DNA from: an uncultured Gammaproteobacteria bacterium
GTDB taxonomy: Bacteria > Patescibacteriota > Patescibacteriia > UBA1558 > S5-K13
Assembly (NCBI GenBank): GCA_964640635.1
Contig: CAZXFD010000003.1
Coordinates: 1,149-65,148, forward strand
Length of the DNA: 64,000 nucleotides
Reading direction: 5' to 3'
A program made the translations under genes and the position numbers. The notes beneath the pieces were generated by a model. It was not told the origin of the DNA and made no database searches. It saw only the letters and a list, made by a program, of their open reading frames with translations. This document shows positions 58,118-64,000 of the stretch, one piece after another (within the stretch, counting starts at the first letter, position 1; the number at the start of each line of letters is the position of its first letter).

Positions 58118-61100
58118 TTATATTGCCCCTGGTTCTATTATTCCAGACTCTTCCATTGTTTTAAGCTCTTCTTTTACACCAAGCTCGTCTTTGATATCTG
58201 TCTCTTCTATTTTTATTACTTCTTCTTCAGGGATTATTATCTCTTCTTCAATAAAATCCATCTTACGATTTTCTTTATCAAGCATCTCAACATTTATGCC
58301 AAGAGCCTTTAACTCACTCATCAAAACGTTAAAACTTTCAGGGATGTTTATCTTATCTATTTCTTCTCCCTTTATAATAGCTTCGTAAGCTTTGCTTCTT
58401 CCGTTTATATCGTCTGATTTAATAGTAAGCATTTCTTGAAGAGTATGAGCAGCACCATAAGCTTCAAGTGCCCAAACTTCCATCTCTCCAAAACGTTGTC
58501 CACCAAACTGAGCTTTACCTCCAAGAGGTTGCTGAGTAATAAGTGAGTATGGACCAATAGATCTTTGATGAATCTTGTCTTCTACCAAATGGTTTAATTT
58601 CAAGAAATATGTAATTCCAACTGTTGTCTTATTATCAAATGGTTCACCTGTTCTTCCATCAAACAATTGTACTTTTCCATTTTCAGGATATCCTGCTTTT
58701 ACAAGCTCTGCTCTTATCTGTTCTATATCAACTCCGTTTAGTGTAGGAGAAGCAACTGTATAACCCAATGTTTTTGCAGCAAGACCAAGATGAGTTTCAA
58801 GAACCTGACCCAAGTTCATACGAGATATGATACCAAGTGGATTCAAAATGATATCGACCGGAGTTCCATCTTGCATAAATGGCATATCTTCTTCTGGAAT
58901 TATTCTTGAAATAACACCTTTGTTTCCATGACGTCCTGCCATTTTATCTCCGACCTGTATCTTTCTAAGTTGAGCGACACTTATTTGAATTGTTCTAATG
59001 ACTCCTGCTTGAAGTTTGTCTCCATTTTTTCTTGTAAAAAATTTCATATCAACAACTTTTCCGTGTTCTCCGTGTTCCAAATAAAGTGATGAATCTTTTA
59101 CGTCTTTTGCTTTTTCACCAAAGATAGCGCGAAGAAGTTTTTCTTCTGCTGATAATTCTGTTTCACCTTTTGGAGTAATTTTTCCAACCAAGATATCTCC
59201 AGATTTTACAGTTGCTCCTATTCTTATAATTCCATCTTTGTCTAAATCTTTTAATCTTTCTTCTCCAATGTTTGGAATATCACGAGTAATCACCTCAGGT
59301 CCAAGTTTTGTGTCACGCACTTCTATTGAATAATTTTCTATATGAATTGAAGTATATACATCGTCTTTTACAAATCTTTCTGAAATCAATATAGCATCTT
59401 CATAGTTTCCACCTTCCCAAGGCATATATGCAACCAAGATATTTCTACCTAGTGCAAGTTCTCCATTATCAATGGCAGCACCGTCAGCAATAACATCTCC
59501 CTTTTTAATTTTTTCACCTTTATCAACTATAGGATGCTGGTTCATACAAGTTGAAGCATTTGAACGGATAAATTTTGAAAGATTATATGTATGATCTTTT
59601 CCATTTTTATCTCTTATTATAATTTCATTTCCAGAAACACTAACCACTTCTCCATCTTCTTTTGACCTTACAAGTTGTCCACTATCTTCTGCGGCACGAC
59701 CCTCAACACCAGTTCCAATAATAGGAGCTTCTGGCTTTACAAGAGATACTGCTTGTCTTTGCATGTTTGATCCCATAAGAGCACGAACGGCATCATCATG
59801 TTCTAAAAAAGGAATAAGTGAAGTTGAAATACTAATAATTTGATTTGGAGCTACATCCATATAGTCAATTTTTTCAACATCATCAAATGTAGGCTGACCA
59901 TGAACTCTCATTTCTGCTTGAGGATTTTTGAATCTTCCATTTGCTTCATCAACTGGTGTTGTAGCAGCAGTAGTAACTTTTCTTTCTTCTTCAAAAGCAT
60001 CTAAATATATAATTTCATTTGTCACAAAAGGAACAATAGGAACTGTTTTAATTTCAATATTCTTTGCTAATTCTTTTGCTATTTTTTCATCAATTACTGT
60101 ATTTTCCTTTAAAATTACTTTGTTTGTTTTTGGATCAATAACATCAATTCTTGTTATATGTCCTTTTGTAATTTCAGCCTTATTTTCTATGTCATGCATT
60201 ACTTTTCTATAAGGAGTCTCTAAGAATCCATATTCATTTATTCTTGCATATGACGCTAAGTGTCCTACAAGACCAATATTTGGTCCTTCTGGTGTTGCAA
60301 TAGGACAAATTCTTCCATAGTGACTACGATGTACATCGCGCACTTCAAATCCAGCTCTTTCTCTTGAAAGTCCTCCAGGTCCAAGTGCTGACAATCTTCT
60401 CTTATGCTCAAGTTCTGCCAATGGATTAGTCTGATCCATGAATTGTGACAACTGAGAACTCATAAAAAATTCTTTTATTGTTCCTATAACTGGTTTTGCA
60501 TTTATAAGTAAGTTTGGTGTAATAGAGGTAACATCTCCTGTAGACATTCTGTCTTTTACTATTCTCTCCATACGAGCCAAACCAATTCTAAATCTATTTT
60601 GAATTAATTCACCAACTGCTCTTACACGTCTATTTCCCAAATGATCAATATCATCAGCTGCTTCTTGATTTAGGTTCAATTTTATAATTTCTTTTATAAC
60701 ATCAATAAGATCTTCTTTCTTGATTGTTCTATGTTCATTTGTAATAGGATAATCTCTACCAAATCTCTTGTTTAATTTATATCTTCCTACGTTTGCAAGG
60801 TCATATCTATTAAAATCAAAAAACATTGCAAAGATAAGTGACTTTACATTTTCTGCAGTTGCTAAATCCCCTGGTCTTATTCTTCTATAAACTTCTATGA
60901 GACCTTCATTTTGATTATGAGCAGCATCTTTTTCAATGGTATTTTTTATAAAACTTACCTCTGGATGATTATCTACATCTTTAAATAAATTTATCAATTC
61001 CTCATCTGTTTCATATCCAAAAGCACGAAGCAAAGATGTAACAGCTACTTTTCTTTTTCTATCAATAGATACATATAAAACTTTTTTCTTTGGATCTGTT

Positions 61101-61597
61101 TCTATTTCAAGCCAAGCACCACGATTTGGAATAATTTTTGCTCCATAATAATTTCTTCCAATAAAAGTTTGTGATGTAAAAAATACTCCTGCACTTCTTA
61201 CAAGTTGTGATACGACAACACGCTCAACTCCATTTATAATAAAAGTTCCTTTATCAGTCATTAGTGGGAAATCACCAAGATAAATTTCTTGTTCTCTTGA
61301 AATATTATTTCTTTTATTTACAAGTTTTGCGTTTATTCTAAGCGGTGCTTCATAAGTTGTATTTCTTTCTCTTGCATAAATTTCATCAAACTTAGGTTCT
61401 TCTAATCTATAATCCAAAAATGAAAGCTCTAAATCACGTCCTGAAAAATCCTTAATAGGAGAAATCTCTTCAAATAATTCTTTTAACCCTTTTTCAAAAA
61501 ACCATTTGTAAGAATCCTTTTGTACTTCTATAAGATCTAATAGTGGTAAAGCTTCTTTGACATCTGAAAAATATTTTCTGTTATTTTTCTTTGGCAT
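58118..61597 (-). CDS. rpoB: DNA-directed RNA polymerase subunit beta
   Basis: 1159 aa, conserved beta-subunit regions throughout; no SD, CA-rich leader. Confidence 0.97.
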   Translation of the reverse strand: MPKKNNRKYFSDVKEALPLLDLIEVQKDSYKWFFEKGLKELFEEISPIKDFSGRDLELSFLDYRLEEPKFDEIYARERNTTYEAPLRINAKLVNKRNNISREQEIYLGDFPLMTDKGTFIINGVERVVVSQLVRSAGVFFTSQTFIGRNYYGAKIIPNRGAWLEIETDPKKKVLYVSIDRKRKVAVTSLLRAFGYETDEELINLFKDVDNHPEVSFIKNTIEKDAAHNQNEGLIEVYRRIRPGDLATAENVKSLIFAMFFDFNRYDLANVGRYKLNKRFGRDYPITNEHRTIKKEDLIDVIKEIIKLNLNQEAADDIDHLGNRRVRAVGELIQNRFRIGLARMERIVKDRMSTGDVTSITPNLLINAKPVIGTIKEFFMSSQLSQFMDQTNPLAELEHKRRLSALGPGGLSRERAGFEVRDVHRSHYGRICPIATPEGPNIGLVGHLASYARINEYGFLETPYRKVMHDIENKAEITKGHITRIDVIDPKTNKVILKENTVIDEKIAKELAKNIEIKTVPIVPFVTNEIIYLDAFEEERKVTTAATTPVDEANGRFKNPQAEMRVHGQPTFDDVEKIDYMDVAPNQIISISTSLIPFLEHDDAVRALMGSNMQRQAVSLVKPEAPIIGTGVEGRAAEDSGQLVRSKEDGEVVSVSGNEIIIRDKNGKDHTYNLSKFIRSNASTCMNQHPIVDKGEKIKKGDVIADGAAIDNGELALGRNILVAYMPWEGGNYEDAILISERFVKDDVYTSIHIENYSIEVRDTKLGPEVITRDIPNIGEERLKDLDKDGIIRIGATVKSGDILVGKITPKGETELSAEEKLLRAIFGEKAKDVKDSSLYLEHGEHGKVVDMKFFTRKNGDKLQAGVIRTIQISVAQLRKIQVGDKMAGRHGNKGVISRIIPEEDMPFMQDGTPVDIILNPLGIISRMNLGQVLETHLGLAAKTLGYTVASPTLNGVDIEQIRAELVKAGYPENGKVQLFDGRTGEPFDNKTTVGITYFLKLNHLVEDKIHQRSIGPYSLITQQPLGGKAQFGGQRFGEMEVWALEAYGAAHTLQEMLTIKSDDINGRSKAYEAIIKGEEIDKINIPESFNVLMSELKALGINVEMLDKENRKMDFIEEEIIIPEEEVIKIEETDIKDELGVKEELKTMEESGIIEPGAI

Positions 61598-62080
61598 ATT
61601 ATTTAGTTGGTTAGTTTGTTGGCTTATTGATTGATTGAAAAATTATAGTATATCTCAATCAATTTGCTTATTAACTAATATTAATTTATCTTATTTTATT
61701 TAAAATGATTTCAAAATTTTGTTTAACAAAAAATACCCATCTTAATCGAAATGAATCAACTTAGTTATGGGTATTTATATTTTGTAAGTTACGGTTAAAC
61801 ATTTTTTTATGCTATAATGTTAAAGGTATTCTTTTGAATCTGTGGAAAACTTCCTTATAAGGAAAGAATTCTAGACCAAAATTATACAAAGTTCATTAAA
61901 AAACGCCCTTTAAATCTATAAAAGGACTTCTCATATACTCTTTTTTCAAGATATTTTTGAGTTTTTCTATTGAATTTCTAGAAAAATAGCTTATTTTACG
62001 AAAAAAAACCCTTTCCCTTTCCGTAAGAGAACTTGCCAAAACCTAAGTTTTTTTATATAGTAATAGTCATTAACATACAG

Positions 62081-62108
62081 AATTATAGCATCTGTATTTT
62101 TTTTGTCA
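62081..62108 (-). promoter_or_regulatory. sigma70-type promoter (TTGACA-16-TATAAT on minus strand), about 480 nt upstream of rpoB
   Basis: Plus-strand attata (62081-62086) and tgtcaa (62103-62108). Confidence 0.5.
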
Positions 62109-62141
62109 AGAAAAATAAGTATAAAATAAAAAGCGGATACA

Positions 62142-62456
62142 CTAATACCCGCTAATCATTGTTTTTGATCTAATTAACTTCCTTTTTCTCGGGTTTTTCA
62201 GAGCACAAACTGCAATAGCTCTATTAATTTGTTTGCGTATTTCAATTTCATCGTTGATAAGACCTATATTTTTAGTAGCCCTATCTTGAGTTTTTTCCAA
62301 AAATCTAACTGCTGCCAATTCACCAGATTTTATACTTATTGATCTTATTTCTCTTAATTCTGATGTAGCAGATTCGAGATCTTTTTGTTGTTGATGTAAA
62401 AATTCTAATAAATCTTCTTTACTCAATTCGCCAAATGGTCTTTGTGATTCACACAT
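62142..62456 (-). CDS. hypothetical coiled-coil protein (104 aa)
   Basis: Intact ORF between dnaN and the rpoB upstream region; own terminator at 62121-62152. Confidence 0.45.
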   Translation of the reverse strand: MCESQRPFGELSKEDLLEFLHQQQKDLESATSELREIRSISIKSGELAAVRFLEKTQDRATKNIGLINDEIEIRKQINRAIAVCALKNPRKRKLIRSKTMISGY

Positions 62457-62513
62457 TTTAACCTCCTATTATTTTATATTTTAAATATCTTATCATTAAA
62501 AGAATAATTGTCA

Positions 62514-62604
62514 AATAAAAAAAATCAGTGTTCGAGTATATCGAGAACCTGATTTTTTTATTGACTTCAGCTTCTCGACTCCACTGCATTCCGCTCGAAG
62601 ACTG
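62514..62604. repeat. about 100-bp repeated intergenic element, copy B
   Basis: See copy A (46094-46203). Confidence 0.7.
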
Positions 62605-62643
62605 ATAATTCTACATTCTAAACACTAACAACTAAATACCAAC

Positions 62644-63747
62644 CTACTGTTTAATAGGCATTATAATATAAACAAAATTCTCATCTTTTTTTGATTTGAG
62701 TATTCCAGCACTTTTATTATCTATCAACTCTAATATCGCATTGTCATTTTCTATATTATTAAGTCCATCTAGTAAATATTTATAGTTAAATACTACATCA
62801 TTATCAACACCTGTGATCTTTGCAGTAATTACTGTAATATTTTCTCCTATTTGATCACTTGTTGAAGAAATTACTAACTCACTTTTTTCTGCAACTAAAT
62901 TGAGTTTTATATCATTTATTCCTGGTTTACAAAAAAGTGATGTTCTCTTTATTGCACTTACAAATTCATAAACATCTATTTCTGCTTTTGTATTTGTTTC
63001 TTTTGGAATAATTTGTTTATAATCAGGATAATTTCCATCAATAAGACGTGATACTATTTCAATATTTCCTATTTCAAACAAAATTTGATTTTCTTCTACA
63101 AAAAATTTAATTTCATCTTCTTGAAAATCGCTAAGTATTCTAACAAGTTCTGAAATTGTCTCTACTGGAACAATAAGACTTGAATCAGAGGAAGTTTTTG
63201 AGATATGAACTATTTTCTCTGAGAGTCTATAACTATCAGTTCCAACTAACGTAAGCTTGTCTCCTACTATATTGAAAAATACCCCTGATATCTCTGGTCT
63301 ATTTGTATCAATATAAACTGGGAAATTAGCTTTCTTTAATCCATTTTTAATTTCAACAGCTTCAATAGTATATTCTTTTTGCTTTTCTATTGTAGGAAGA
63401 AGTGGAAATTCATCATGACTCATTGTATTTATGGAAGTCTTGTCATTTGCGCATTCTACTTTTAATACATTATCTTTTGTTTCAAGAGTAATATTTCCTT
63501 TTGGAAGTAAGTTTATAAAATCTGTAATAAGTTTTGCTGGCACTGTGCATTTTCCATCACGCTCTATCTTTCCTCTTATCTTACAATTGATACCAATTTC
63601 TAAATTTGTTGTGGTAAATGTTATTTGTCCATCGCTAGCTTCAATTAGTACATTATTAAGTATTGGTAGATTAATATTCTTACCAGCTAAATGACTTACT
63701 ATTTGTAATCCTTTTATTAAGTTCTCTTGTAAGCAAACTATTTTCAT
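62644..63747 (-). CDS. dnaN: DNA polymerase III beta subunit (sliding clamp)
   Basis: 367 aa; the N-terminus MKIVCLQENLIKGLQIVSHLAGKN and the three-domain length are typical. Confidence 0.9.
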   Translation of the reverse strand: MKIVCLQENLIKGLQIVSHLAGKNINLPILNNVLIEASDGQITFTTTNLEIGINCKIRGKIERDGKCTVPAKLITDFINLLPKGNITLETKDNVLKVECANDKTSINTMSHDEFPLLPTIEKQKEYTIEAVEIKNGLKKANFPVYIDTNRPEISGVFFNIVGDKLTLVGTDSYRLSEKIVHISKTSSDSSLIVPVETISELVRILSDFQEDEIKFFVEENQILFEIGNIEIVSRLIDGNYPDYKQIIPKETNTKAEIDVYEFVSAIKRTSLFCKPGINDIKLNLVAEKSELVISSTSDQIGENITVITAKITGVDNDVVFNYKYLLDGLNNIENDNAILELIDNKSAGILKSKKDENFVYIIMPIKQ

Positions 63748-63749
63748 AT

Positions 63750-64000
63750 TTTTATTTATCCCCTTTAAAAGGAATCTAATTATTTATTATTCTTTTATAT
63801 ATATAAATTAATAATTATAATAAGTGTTGTGAATTTAGTTGATAAGTATTAATTTTCTCTTGTATGAGGCAAAAAATTGATTTTATAACATGTGCTCTGT
63901 GATAGGTATATTTCTGTGTATAAGTGAGTGATTTATTATTTTCTTATTTTATCCTCTTTTATACACAGGGTTATTCACATAGGTTAGTTAACTAGTTACG
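63750..64000. promoter_or_regulatory. AT-rich region with DnaA-box-like 9-mers upstream of dnaN (probable oriC / dnaA-dnaN spacer)
   Basis: TTATACACA (63959-63967), TTATTCACA (63971-63979) and TGTGTATAA (63915-63923, reverse orientation) each differ by 1 nt from TTATCCACA. Confidence 0.5.

Noticed and set aside
1-64000. Possibility of an alternative genetic code (UGA recoding as in some reduced lineages)
   Set aside because: Long conserved genes (rpoB 1159 aa, rpoC 1300 aa, uvrA, polA, ftsK) are uninterrupted under the standard code.
1-64000. CRISPR array / transposase / prophage
   Set aside because: No regularly spaced short direct repeats with unique spacers were seen, and no transposase- or integrase-like ORFs. 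The tandem repeats present are coding (surface proteins) or paired inverted repeats.

Overview
This window is an AT-rich (about 28-30% GC by eye) bacterial chromosomal segment read in the standard genetic code. Almost all genes lie on the minus strand, running away from a probable replication origin at the right edge, where dnaN is followed by DnaA-box-like 9-mers. I recognise a housekeeping core from conserved motifs: purA (5' fragment), rpsT, holA, polA, uvrA, a hybrid histidine kinase, a SufS-like desulfurase, rnhB, gdh, trxA, a UvrD-like helicase, corA, recA, a RodZ-like protein, ftsK, rpoC, rpoB, dnaN and one tRNA-Ser. Between these sit envelope and secreted proteins (a 3D-domain protein, O-antigen-ligase-like proteins, a Wzx flippase, a T9SS-type CTD protein, and a PG-binding + Listeria-Bacteroides-repeat + DUF1566 protein) and an accessory stretch at 30.4-37.3 kb (GNAT, metzincin, SDR, MFS, nucleotidyltransferase, unknowns). 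The most unusual content is non-coding. (1) A roughly 480-nt GC-enriched locus at 26.75-27.27 kb has its own sigma70-like promoter and terminator and looks like a large structured RNA I cannot classify. (2) A family of TAGCTA / TACGTAG palindromic motifs sits in the leaders of recA, uvrA, trxA, a SIMPL protein and rpoB/rpoC; recA and uvrA share the 15-mer GTAGCTATGTAGCTA. (3) Two paired C-rich/G-rich inverted-repeat elements each enclose a terminator. (4) A roughly 100-bp intergenic element occurs twice. (5) A tRNA-Ser sits beside a tRNA-3'-end-like relic, flanking a small XRE/DUF2975-like module. No CRISPR array, rRNA or transposase was seen. I cannot place the organism beyond a small-genome, uncultivated-type lineage.
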